Below, one piece after another: positions 1-8,385 of a stretch of DNA of 64,000 nucleotides. A program made the translations under genes and the position numbers. Numbering within the stretch: position 1 is the stretch's first letter; the number at the start of each line of letters is the position of its first letter. This stretch comes from Clostridia bacterium (GTDB lineage: Bacteria; Bacillota; Clostridia; Oscillospirales; CAG-272), in the NCBI GenBank assembly GCA_024405755.1, contig JAKSOD010000005.1, forward strand, positions 3,412-67,411, read 5' to 3'. The notes below the pieces were generated by a model. The model was given only the letters and a program-made list of their open reading frames with translations. It ran no database searches and was not told the DNA's origin.

Positions 1-1
1 C

Positions 2-364
2 TATCGCGCTCACGAAATTCTCGAAAGTATTTGCCTTGACAAGCAGACACTCCACGAAAAGACCCGCCTTTCTGTCACTTTCGGCGAACTTGTCTACAAC
101 GGTCAGTGGTTCACTCCTCTGCGTGAAGCTCTTACCGCCTTCGTCGACAAGACGCAGGAGCACGTCACCGGAAAGGTGAAACTCAAACTATACAAGGGCA
201 ACATCATCAAAGCCGGTGTTTGGAGCGACTGGTCACTTTACAGCGAATCAATCGCCACCTTCGGAGAGAGCGATTACGACCAGAGTAAAGCAGCCGGATT
301 CATTGATCTGTTCGGTCTGCCCATTCAGGTCCAGGCAGAGGTTACGGCGAAAAACGCCAAATAA
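2..364 (+). CDS. argG: argininosuccinate synthase, C-terminal fragment (5' end lies outside the window)
   Basis: The frame is open from the window edge. The translation ...[34 protein letters not shown]...[10 protein letters not shown] matches the conserved ArgG C-terminus. argH follows. Confidence 0.9.
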   Translation, partial: YRAHEILESICLDKQTLHEKTRLSVTFGELVYNGQWFTPLREALTAFVDKTQEHVTGKVKLKLYKGNIIKAGVWSDWSLYSESIATFGESDYDQSKAAGFIDLFGLPIQVQAEVTAKNAK

Positions 365-421
365 TCACCGATATCAACGTCGTGAGACGTCAGATATATC
401 TCCTCTTTTCATTTTCAACCC

Positions 422-458
422 GGACCGGTCCACAGCAGTGAGCCGGTCCCCCCTTTTT
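422..458 (+). terminator. intrinsic terminator after argG
   Basis: Stem GGACCGG (422-428) / CCGGTCC (443-449), followed by a C4T5 run. Confidence 0.55.
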
Positions 459-485
459 AAAAAAACTGTTTATAAGGATAGAAAA

Positions 486-1868
486 ATGGCAAAAATGTGG
501 GAAGGCAGAACGTCAGGCAACACCGACGTTATAGCCGACGATTTTAACTCTTCCATTCGTTTCGACAGCCGTATGTGGCGGGAGGATATAACCGGAAGCA
601 TGGCTCACGCCGCCATGCTCGGAAAGCAGCACATAATCACCGAAGATGAAGCGCAGATTCTGATCGAAGCACTCGCGGGGATCATATCCGACATTGATGC
701 CGGAATTCTCGTTTTTGATCCCTCATGCGAAGATATACATATGTTTGTGGAGCAAGTACTTACGGAGCGTATCGGAGACACAGGAAAAAAACTTCATACC
801 GCGCGCAGCCGCAACGATCAGGTCGCACTTGATATGCGTATGTACCTGCGCGGACAGACAAAGGAAATAATCTCGCTTATTCTCGGACTTGCCTCTGCGC
901 TTACTGACAAGGCTGAGAAATATGCCTCTGCGATCATGCCGGGATACACCCATATGCAGCGTGCACAGCCGGTTACTTTCGGTCACCAGTTGATGGCGTA
1001 CGTTTCCATGCTGCTGCGAGACGCGGAGCGTTTCACCGATTCTCTTGCACGTACGAATATTTCACCTATCGGCTCCTGCGCCCTTGCCGGAACCACATAC
1101 CCCACAGACCGCCGGTTTGAAGCAGAAAAACTCGGATTTGACGGAATCTGCTCAAACAGTATCGACGGAGTATCGGATCGTGATTTTTGTCTTGAATTTC
1201 TGTCTGACTGCTCGATCCTTATGATGCATCTGTCCCGGCTTTCAGAAGAGATCGTTCTGTGGTCAAGCTGGGAATTCGGTTTTATCGAACTCTCTGACGC
1301 TTACACCACCGGATCTTCTATCATGCCGCAGAAAAAAAATCCCGATATGGCAGAACTTGTCCGCGGGAAAACCGGGCGTGTTTACGGAGAACTTATGGCA
1401 CTCCTTACCACTATGAAAGGACTGCCTCTTGCCTACAATAAAGATATGCAGGAGGACAAAGAGGGCGTTTTTGACTGTTGTGACACTGTGAAGATGTGTC
1501 TGCGGATCATGACGCCTATGATCTGCACACTCACTGCGCGCACACAGAATATGCGCCGGGCAGCGGGCGGCGGATTCATAAACGCCACGGATCTTGCCGA
1601 TTACCTTGTTCTTCGCGGACTTCCCTTCCGTTCCGCTTACAAGATATCCGGTCAGGTTGTCGCAGACTGCATCAGCCGCGGATGCGTGCTTGAAGAGTTG
1701 CCGCTTGATGTATATAAATCCCACTGTGATCTTATTGACAACGGCGTTTTTTCCGCCGTTGATCTCAATGCGTGCCTCTCACGCCGTACGTCCGAGGGCG
1801 GTCCGTCATCCGAAAACGTACTCTCTCAGATTAATTCCGCACGTGAAAAAATCAAGAATTTCAACTGA
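486..1868 (+). CDS. argH: argininosuccinate lyase
   Basis: ORF 216..1868 trimmed to ATG 486 (MAKMWEGR...). Carries the fumarate-lyase family signature GSSIMPQKKNP. Sits next to argG. Confidence 0.95.
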   Translation: MAKMWEGRTSGNTDVIADDFNSSIRFDSRMWREDITGSMAHAAMLGKQHIITEDEAQILIEALAGIISDIDAGILVFDPSCEDIHMFVEQVLTERIGDTGKKLHTARSRNDQVALDMRMYLRGQTKEIISLILGLASALTDKAEKYASAIMPGYTHMQRAQPVTFGHQLMAYVSMLLRDAERFTDSLARTNISPIGSCALAGTTYPTDRRFEAEKLGFDGICSNSIDGVSDRDFCLEFLSDCSILMMHLSRLSEEIVLWSSWEFGFIELSDAYTTGSSIMPQKKNPDMAELVRGKTGRVYGELMALLTTMKGLPLAYNKDMQEDKEGVFDCCDTVKMCLRIMTPMICTLTARTQNMRRAAGGGFINATDLADYLVLRGLPFRSAYKISGQVVADCISRGCVLEELPLDVYKSHCDLIDNGVFSAVDLNACLSRRTSEGGPSSENVLSQINSAREKIKNFN

Positions 1869-1903
1869 ACACATAAAACAATAAAACTTACACAAATTAA
1901 AAA

Positions 1904-1928
1904 CGATCGGTTGCTTCCGGTCGTTTTT
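1904..1928 (+). terminator. intrinsic terminator after argH
   Basis: Stem CGATCGG/CCGGTCG (one G-U pair), 6-nt loop, then T5. Confidence 0.6.
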
Positions 1929-1939
1929 GTCTTATTGCA

Positions 1940-1968
1940 TTGACAAATCTATTCTTTTATGTTAAAAT
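1940..1968 (+). promoter_or_regulatory. sigma-A type promoter of rubrerythrin
   Basis: TTGACA (1940-1945), 17-nt spacer, TGtTAAAAT extended -10 (1963-1968). Confidence 0.6.
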
Positions 1969-2022
1969 AATTGTGCCGGTTGATTCCGGGCATATTAAAT
2001 TAAATAATAGGAGGAATAAAAT

Positions 2023-2562
2023 ATGGAACTCAAGGGTTCAAGAACCGAAGCCAACCTGATGGCTGCCTTTGCCGGCGAATCTCAGGCAAGAAACAAATAC
2101 ACCTATTACGCCTCTAAGGCAAGAAAAGACGGCTACGTTCAGATCGCCGATCTGTTTGAAGAAACCGCCAACAATGAAAAGGAACACGCCAAGATCTGGT
2201 TTAAACTCCTTCATGACGGCGAAGTCCCCGCCACGACCGTAAACCTTGCCGACGCTGCCGCCGGTGAGAATTACGAATGGACCGAAATGTATGCGGAATT
2301 TGCCCGTGTTGCCAAGGAAGAAGGCTTCACCCGCATTGCATACCTTTTCGAGGCTGTAGGAAATATTGAAAAAGAACATGAGGAAAGATATCGCAAACTC
2401 CTCGCCAACATTGAAGGAGATCTCGTATTTTCCCGTGACGGCGACTGCGTATGGCAGTGCGCCAACTGCGGACACATCCACGTCGGCACAAAAGCTCCTG
2501 CTGTCTGCCCCGTCTGCGCCCATCCTCAGGCTTACTTCCGTCTTCTCGCAAAGAATTATTGA
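2023..2562 (+). CDS. rbr: rubrerythrin
   Basis: The N-terminal part has diiron ferritin-like motifs ([12 protein letters not shown]). The C-terminal part is a rubredoxin-type CxxC...CxxC (CANCG...CPVC). RBS is AGGAGG. Confidence 0.95.
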   Translation: MELKGSRTEANLMAAFAGESQARNKYTYYASKARKDGYVQIADLFEETANNEKEHAKIWFKLLHDGEVPATTVNLADAAAGENYEWTEMYAEFARVAKEEGFTRIAYLFEAVGNIEKEHEERYRKLLANIEGDLVFSRDGDCVWQCANCGHIHVGTKAPAVCPVCAHPQAYFRLLAKNY

Positions 2563-2570
2563 TCAATACA

Positions 2571-2607
2571 AAAATGCTCAGCCGCACGTACCGGCTGAGC
2601 ATTTTTT
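2571..2607. terminator. bidirectional terminator between rbr and the convergent dehydrogenase
   Basis: A4-GCTCAGCCG / CGGCTGAGC-T6 hairpin. Confidence 0.75.
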
Positions 2608-2609
2608 GT

Positions 2610-3665
2610 TTATTCTACAATAAACATTACCTTTCCCTTGACTTGCTTGGGATCGTGATACAGATCGAAGGCTTTCTGACATTCCGAGAGAGGGAAACGG
2701 CGGAAAATAAAACTGTCGTCAAATTTCAATCTTCCGTCTGAAAAGCACTCTGCCGTGAGTTCCCACTCTTTTCCGGGGAACGGTGCGGAATAACTCATCC
2801 ACGATCCCGTCAGTCTGAATTCTTTGCGGTTGAGGTTTTCCCACATACGGGGAGTAAAAGTTATATCCGTATGCGGAGTTCCGATAAAACATACGGACGC
2901 ACGGTTTGCGGCAAGTTCAAACGCCATTTTCATGGTAGCGGGACTTCCGGCTGTCTCATAAACGCAGCCATATCCTTCTCCGCCCGTATATTCCATCGCT
3001 TTTTCCATAAAATCAGGTTCGGATGCGTTGAATACTGCGTCGGCACCGAGACGGAGCGCAAGATCAAGTCTTTCTTTCACCACATCGAAAACAACTACCC
3101 GGCGGGCACCGAAAATTCTTGCCCACTGTGCCGCGAACATTCCGATAGTTCCGCCTCCGCATATCGCCGTGAATTCTCCGGAACGGCAGCCGTTGAGCAT
3201 AACACCGTGAAGAGATACGGTTGCAGGTTCAAACATAGCTGCCTGTTCAAAAGGTACTGAGGGGGCGTATTTGACAGCATTAACGGCAGGAACAACAACG
3301 TACTGAGCAAAACTTCCCTGCTCTCTCGATCCGATAAAGGAATAATGCTTGCACAGAGAATAGTTTCCTCTTGCGCAGTCCGCGCATTTCATGCAAGGCT
3401 TCAGCGGTGCTCCGGAAACCGTGTCCCCGACGGACAGCGTTGTCACGCCTTCCCCGAGTTCTTCCACAGTACCGGAGAATTCATGCCCGAGAACTACGGG
3501 ATAAAAATGCGCACCGTTGTGAAGTACGCGCGGAACATCTGAGCCGCATATTCCGGCTGCCCGTACTCTCACAAGTACTTCTCCGTACCCGGGAACGGGC
3601 TTTTCGTAATTTTCATACCTGATGTCTTCATTGCCGTGAAGCACGGCGGCGTTCATCATTGCCAT
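2610..3665 (-). CDS. zinc-dependent alcohol/polyol dehydrogenase (MDR family, galactitol-1-phosphate/sorbitol dehydrogenase-like)
   Basis: Motifs GICGSDV, GHEFSG, a structural-zinc Cys cluster CMKCADCARGNYSLC, and Rossmann GGGTIG. The start was moved to ATG 3665, which has GAGGA 6 nt upstream; the ORF-track start at 3671 is TTG. Confidence 0.9.
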   Translation of the reverse strand: MAMMNAAVLHGNEDIRYENYEKPVPGYGEVLVRVRAAGICGSDVPRVLHNGAHFYPVVLGHEFSGTVEELGEGVTTLSVGDTVSGAPLKPCMKCADCARGNYSLCKHYSFIGSREQGSFAQYVVVPAVNAVKYAPSVPFEQAAMFEPATVSLHGVMLNGCRSGEFTAICGGGTIGMFAAQWARIFGARRVVVFDVVKERLDLALRLGADAVFNASEPDFMEKAMEYTGGEGYGCVYETAGSPATMKMAFELAANRASVCFIGTPHTDITFTPRMWENLNRKEFRLTGSWMSYSAPFPGKEWELTAECFSDGRLKFDDSFIFRRFPLSECQKAFDLYHDPKQVKGKVMFIVE

Positions 3666-3781
3666 TTCCAATCCTCACTTATTCTCACTTTTTCAGTCGC
3701 GTTTCCTATATTCGTGTATTTCATATAGTTACGGGGATGCTTCGCAGAACAAAGCACCCCCGGCAGTTAATCGGATTTCAC

Positions 3782-5332
3782 TTATTTTTTGGCATCCTGA
3801 ATAGATGTAACAACCTTAGCAAGTTTTGCGTTAAGTCTCTTGGAGTGAGACTTGCAGACGGTCGCCCAGCTGGCGTGGTCAGCAGCTGCATTACTTGGCA
3901 TTTCGCTCATGGTTTCTAGGTCGTCTGAGAAGATTCTGCCAAGGTCAAAGTGCAGAGAATTATGAAGAATATCAAACATTCTCGCGAACTTGTTATCGCT
4001 GCCGTTGGTATATCTGTACTTCATATTATTCTCGAACAGTGCGGGAGTGGTCTCGCGGAAAGCCTGACTTGCCAGACATTCGATAACGGCAGAAGCGACG
4101 GTGTTTTTTTCATCGTTCATATTGCTCATAATGCTCCACAGAGTAAAGGGGTTGCCGACAACGGTGATGTAATCAGTCTGATCGAGATCGTATTTGGGAG
4201 TGGGAACTATACCGTATTTCCATGAAACACCGTTGAGGTTATGACCGTTCTTTGTCCCGTAAGCGGAGTCTGCCATATAAACACGGTTCTGGCAGAAAAC
4301 CACAGTACCGTCAACAAAGGGATAATAGTAGTTTACGGCAGCACTCTTTCTGGAAACGTAGCAGTCGGGGGTATCAAGCCAATTGCCGAGTTTATCGGCA
4401 AGGTCGACTGCCTTTTGGCTGGCAAAATCATCCGAAATAACGAGAACATCAACCGGATCGGGATCAACGAGAGTCATACCCGATCCGGTATAGAAAGCGT
4501 CAAGTCCGTAGTAAATTGTTGAAAATCCATACTGGTCGCCTTCACTCTTTCCGGGAACTCCGTCAAGATCAAGGTAAACGTCTTTAGTCATATCGATCAG
4601 TTGACCAATAGTCCATGTTTTTTCGTCAACGTGTTTGACGGGATCTTCAAGTCCGAGTTCGTTGAGCAGGTCAACGTTGTAGTAAATAGCATACATAAAA
4701 TGCAGAACATTGGTGGAGATATCACCGGAAATGAAATACAGTGATCCATCAATATTAAATGTATCCTGCATGATGCTCGGCCACCACGGTTTTTCTAAGT
4801 TTATGTAACTGTTGTCAATGGCGTTGAGGTCGGCAAGGTATCCGCGGGTCGCAAGCATTCCGGAAGTACGGGAATAAGTTGCAATAATATCAAACTCATC
4901 TCCGCCATTCACGGCATTTGTCACGAACTGTGTGAAACTTGCACGTTGTTTGCTGTTGCCTTCCTGACCGTTCCATTCGAGAGTCACACCAAGAAAATCC
5001 TCGGTATAATTGTTTCGGTCATAAATAGCCTGAGTTACGATATTTCCGTCAAGTTCTTCTTCAAGTACCTCAAATTCCGGTCTTTCAACATCAGACCAGT
5101 AAAGAACCCGGACATTCTTATTGAAATTCAGACCGCTCGGAAGATCGTCGAGTTCATAACCTTCGGCATCGGTTCTTTTCCCGGTCTCATCACCGGATTC
5201 ATCAGTAATGTCAGTCTCGGTTGAAACAGTGGTATCTGTTCCGTCACCGTTCGAAGTATTTCCGCATGATATAACGCTGAAAACCATAAGCAGGGCGGCA
5301 AAAGCAGAGAGAATTCTGAGCCATTTTTTCAT
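3782..5332 (-). CDS. extracellular solute-binding lipoprotein (ABC-type, family 1-like), orphan
   Basis: Lipoprotein signal MKKWLRILSAFAALLMVFSVISCGN. The ATG at 5332 has AAAGGA 9 nt upstream. No permease or ATPase gene is adjacent. Confidence 0.8.
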   Translation of the reverse strand: MKKWLRILSAFAALLMVFSVISCGNTSNGDGTDTTVSTETDITDESGDETGKRTDAEGYELDDLPSGLNFNKNVRVLYWSDVERPEFEVLEEELDGNIVTQAIYDRNNYTEDFLGVTLEWNGQEGNSKQRASFTQFVTNAVNGGDEFDIIATYSRTSGMLATRGYLADLNAIDNSYINLEKPWWPSIMQDTFNIDGSLYFISGDISTNVLHFMYAIYYNVDLLNELGLEDPVKHVDEKTWTIGQLIDMTKDVYLDLDGVPGKSEGDQYGFSTIYYGLDAFYTGSGMTLVDPDPVDVLVISDDFASQKAVDLADKLGNWLDTPDCYVSRKSAAVNYYYPFVDGTVVFCQNRVYMADSAYGTKNGHNLNGVSWKYGIVPTPKYDLDQTDYITVVGNPFTLWSIMSNMNDEKNTVASAVIECLASQAFRETTPALFENNMKYRYTNGSDNKFARMFDILHNSLHFDLGRIFSDDLETMSEMPSNAAADHASWATVCKSHSKRLNAKLAKVVTSIQDAKK

Positions 5333-5543
5333 ATGTATGCGTCCTTTCAAATGAATTCAATTTTCGGAGTATATGGCATCCGACCGTATCACTCCGCTAC
5401 ATTATATTAATTATATTAAAAAATAATTTAATTGTCAATTGTTTTTCTCGTTAAGTCAAAAAATAAAGGTTGCTTTTTATATTATCGTTTTTATTATTTT
5501 TATTCAAATTAACAAACTATTCCAAAAAACTTTAAAAAAGTTA

Positions 5544-5572
5544 TTTACTTTTCGAAAAAGTTGTGCTATAAT
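5544..5572 (+). promoter_or_regulatory. sigma-A type promoter of rpsO
   Basis: TTTACT, 17-nt spacer, TGcTATAAT extended -10. It leaves a leader of about 105 nt before rpsO. Confidence 0.55.
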
Positions 5573-5679
5573 ATTTACTGTGTTACGCTGTCTCGGTTTT
5601 CGGATAAAGGCCTTACGGCACTTCACCCGCCGATAACTGTGGCGGCGCACAAAATTTTTTCTTTTCATGAGGTGAAAAA

Positions 5680-5943
5680 ATGACAAAAGAAGAAAAACAG
5701 GCGATCATTGAACAGTATGCTACCCACGAGGGCGATACCGGTTCCCCCGAAGTACAGATCGCAATCCTTACCAGCAGAATCAATTCTCTGAACGATCATC
5801 TGAAGGTCAACAAGAACGACAATCACAGCCGTCGCGGCCTTCTTAAAATGGTCGGACGCAGAAGAAATCTGCTGAAATATCTGATGCAGGCCGATATCGA
5901 ACGCTACCGTTCGATCATTGCCAAACTCGAAATCAGAAAGTAA
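5680..5943 (+). CDS. rpsO: 30S ribosomal protein S15
   Basis: An 87-aa protein with ...[42 protein letters not shown] is GAGGTG. Confidence 0.97.
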   Translation: MTKEEKQAIIEQYATHEGDTGSPEVQIAILTSRINSLNDHLKVNKNDNHSRRGLLKMVGRRRNLLKYLMQADIERYRSIIAKLEIRK

Positions 5944-5951
5944 TACAAGTC

Positions 5952-6000
5952 GGGGGCGGGGGACGGCTTTTCGTTCCCCTGCCCCCACGCTTGTTATTTT
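5952..6000 (+). terminator. rpsO terminator hairpin
   Basis: 12-bp G/C-rich stem GGGGGCGGGGGA / TTCCCCTGCCCCC with an 11-nt loop. A T-rich stretch lies 7 nt downstream. Confidence 0.55.
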
Positions 6001-6044
6001 CGGATTTCCATCCATTTTCCCGGATCATTCTCCCGCCGAGGATC

Positions 6045-6101
6045 AGCATTTAACCGTGTACCCGACAAGATTTCATTGTCTCGGATCTGCGGTTAAGTGC
6101 T
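6045..6101 (+). promoter_or_regulatory. structured pnp 5' leader (nested hairpin)
   Basis: Outer stem AGCATTTAACCG (6045-6056) / CGGTTAAGTGCT (6090-6101) with one G-U pair. It encloses an inner GACAA/TTGTC hairpin. Confidence 0.35.
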
Positions 6102-6144
6102 AAACCTTCGCGGGAAGAAAAATATTTCCATACGGAGGTACAAA

Positions 6145-8283
6145 ATGTACGAAGTTAAAAGTAAAGAAATGATCTTTACCGACCACAAGGTGTTCAATTA
6201 CACCTTTGCCGGCAGACCTCTCTCCATTGAGACCGGCAAAATGGCAGGGCTTGCCAACGGTTCCTGCCTCGTAAGATATGGAGACACCGCAGTCCTCTGC
6301 TGCGCCACCGCTTCCGAAAAGCCCCGTGACGGCATCGACTTCCTTCCCCTGTCCGTTGACTACGAAGAAAGAATGTACGCCGCCGGAAAGATACCCGGAG
6401 GTTACCTTAAAAGAGAAGGCAAACCTTCCGAAAAGGCTATTCTGACCGCACGTGTTATCGACCGCCCGATCCGTCCCCTTTTCCCGAAGGATCTGCGCAA
6501 TGATGTTGCCCTGTCCCTCACCGTAATGGCAGTGGATCAGGACTGCTCGCCCGAAATTTCCGCAATGCTCGGTGCTTCCATCGCCCTCTCCATTTCCGAT
6601 ATTCCGTGGAACGGACCTATCGCCGGTGTTTACGTCGGTCTCGTTGACGGCAAATTCGTCATCAACCCCACCGAAGCAGAACGCAGCAAATCCGACCTTG
6701 ATCTGACTGTTGCCGCTTCCGCGGAAAAAGTCGTTATGATCGAAGCAGGTGCCAATGAAGTTTCCGACGAGACTATGTATGATGCCATTATGCTCGCTCA
6801 CAAGGAAATCAAGGATCTGCTGAAATTCGTTGACGCTATCGTTGATGAGATCGGAAAACCCAAATTCGAATATCCCTCCGGAGAACTCGATCACGATATG
6901 TTCGATAAGATCTTCGATTTCTGCGAAAAGGATCTTATGTTCGCCCTTGATACCGACGACAAGAACGTCCGAGATGCCCGTATGGTACCGATCAAAGACG
7001 CCATCATCGAGAAATTCTCTGAAGAATATCCCGATCTCCCCGTTCAGATGCCCGAACTTGAGTACAAGCTCCAAAAGAAAATCGTCCGCCGCTGGCTCCT
7101 TGAAGACGGCAAGCGCGTTGACGGACGTGCCATGAATGAAATGCGTCCCCTCGGTGCGGAAGCCGGACTCTTCAAGAGAGTACACGGATCCGGTATGTTC
7201 ACCCGCGGACAGACCCAGGTCATCACTTTCGCTACCCTCGGAACTCTTGCCGAAGCACAGATGCTCGACGGTATCGATAACGAAGAATCCAAGAGATATA
7301 TGCACCATTATAATATGCCCGGCTTCTCCACCGGTGAAGCCAAGGCATCCCGCAGTCCCGGCAGACGTGAGATCGGTCACGGTGCCCTCGCAGAGCGCGC
7401 TCTCGTTCCCGTACTTCCCTCCGAGGAAGAATTCCCCTACGCCATGCGCCTTGTTTCCGAGGTCGTTTCCTCCAACGGATCCACTTCTCAGGCATCCATC
7501 TGCGGCTCGACCCTTGCTCTTATGGATGCAGGTGTTCCGATCAAGGCTCCCGTTGCCGGTATCTCCTGCGGCCTTATCACCGAGGGTGAGCGTTGGATGA
7601 CCATGCTTGACATCCAGGGCGTCGAAGACTTCTACGGCGATATGGACTTCAAAGTTGCCGGTACTCACAAGGGTATTACCGCTATCCAGATGGACCTTAA
7701 AATCGACGGTCTGACTCCCGAAATCATTAAAGCCGCTCTTGAAACCACTCACGCCGGACGTGACTACATCATTGACAACGTGATCCTCAAAGCGATCGAT
7801 GCACCCCGCGCCGATGTCTCTGAGTTCGCTCCGAAAATGATGAGCATGAAGATCGATCCCGACAAGATCCGCGAAGTTATCGGCAAGGGCGGAGCCGTGA
7901 TCCAGAAGATCACCGCAGACACCGGTGCCAAGATCGACATTGAAGATGACGGTACTGTTTATATTGCCGCCGTCAACCGTGCCGCCGCCGACGAAGCCAA
8001 ATCCATTATCGACGCTATCTGCTTCGAACCCGAGGTCGGCTCCGTTTACGATGCAACAGTCGTTAAGATCCTTTCCAGCAAAGTCAAACCCAACGAGGAT
8101 GTCGGCTGCTTCGTTGAATATGCTCCCGGCAAGGAGGGAATGGTCCACATTTCCCGCATCTGCGACCACCGCATCAACAAGGTTGAGGAAGCCGGAATCA
8201 CCGTAGGATCCTCCGTAAAGGTCAAATTCATAGGTCTTGACAAACAAGGACGTATGGACTGGTCCATCAAGGACGCAAAATAA
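6145..8283 (+). CDS. pnp: polyribonucleotide nucleotidyltransferase (PNPase)
   Basis: ORF 6097..8283 trimmed to ATG 6145 (RBS GGAGG). Two RNase PH domains plus KH and S1 domains. Classic rpsO-pnp synteny. Confidence 0.96.
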   Translation: MYEVKSKEMIFTDHKVFNYTFAGRPLSIETGKMAGLANGSCLVRYGDTAVLCCATASEKPRDGIDFLPLSVDYEERMYAAGKIPGGYLKREGKPSEKAILTARVIDRPIRPLFPKDLRNDVALSLTVMAVDQDCSPEISAMLGASIALSISDIPWNGPIAGVYVGLVDGKFVINPTEAERSKSDLDLTVAASAEKVVMIEAGANEVSDETMYDAIMLAHKEIKDLLKFVDAIVDEIGKPKFEYPSGELDHDMFDKIFDFCEKDLMFALDTDDKNVRDARMVPIKDAIIEKFSEEYPDLPVQMPELEYKLQKKIVRRWLLEDGKRVDGRAMNEMRPLGAEAGLFKRVHGSGMFTRGQTQVITFATLGTLAEAQMLDGIDNEESKRYMHHYNMPGFSTGEAKASRSPGRREIGHGALAERALVPVLPSEEEFPYAMRLVSEVVSSNGSTSQASICGSTLALMDAGVPIKAPVAGISCGLITEGERWMTMLDIQGVEDFYGDMDFKVAGTHKGITAIQMDLKIDGLTPEIIKAALETTHAGRDYIIDNVILKAIDAPRADVSEFAPKMMSMKIDPDKIREVIGKGGAVIQKITADTGAKIDIEDDGTVYIAAVNRAAADEAKSIIDAICFEPEVGSVYDATVVKILSSKVKPNEDVGCFVEYAPGKEGMVHISRICDHRINKVEEAGITVGSSVKVKFIGLDKQGRMDWSIKDAK

Positions 8284-8385
8284 TCCGGATAATTCGAATA
8301 AAAGCATCGGAACGGCGGAATAATGTACCAAAAGCACATTTTTCCGCCGAATCCATACTGATGATTGCCAAAGGAGGCGTGAGAC

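Noticed and set aside
216-485. A 90-codon N-terminal extension of the argH ORF. Similar extensions occur on pnp, yicC, thiI, comM, the GNAT gene and the 10-TM transporter.
   Set aside because: The upstream portions overlap the preceding gene or its terminator and lack an RBS. Internal ATGs with good SD sites coincide with the conserved protein N-termini.
1960-1976. A possible PerR/Fur-type box overlapping the rubrerythrin -10 (TTAAAATAATTGTGC).
   Set aside because: Only about 10 of 14 positions match TTATAATNATTATAA, and it cannot be distinguished from the AT-rich promoter itself. This is worth a motif scan but cannot be supported by eye.
5439-5636. A 65-aa ORF in the AT-rich region upstream of rpsO.
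   Set aside because: It spans the rpsO promoter and leader, has no RBS, and its composition is driven by A/T runs.
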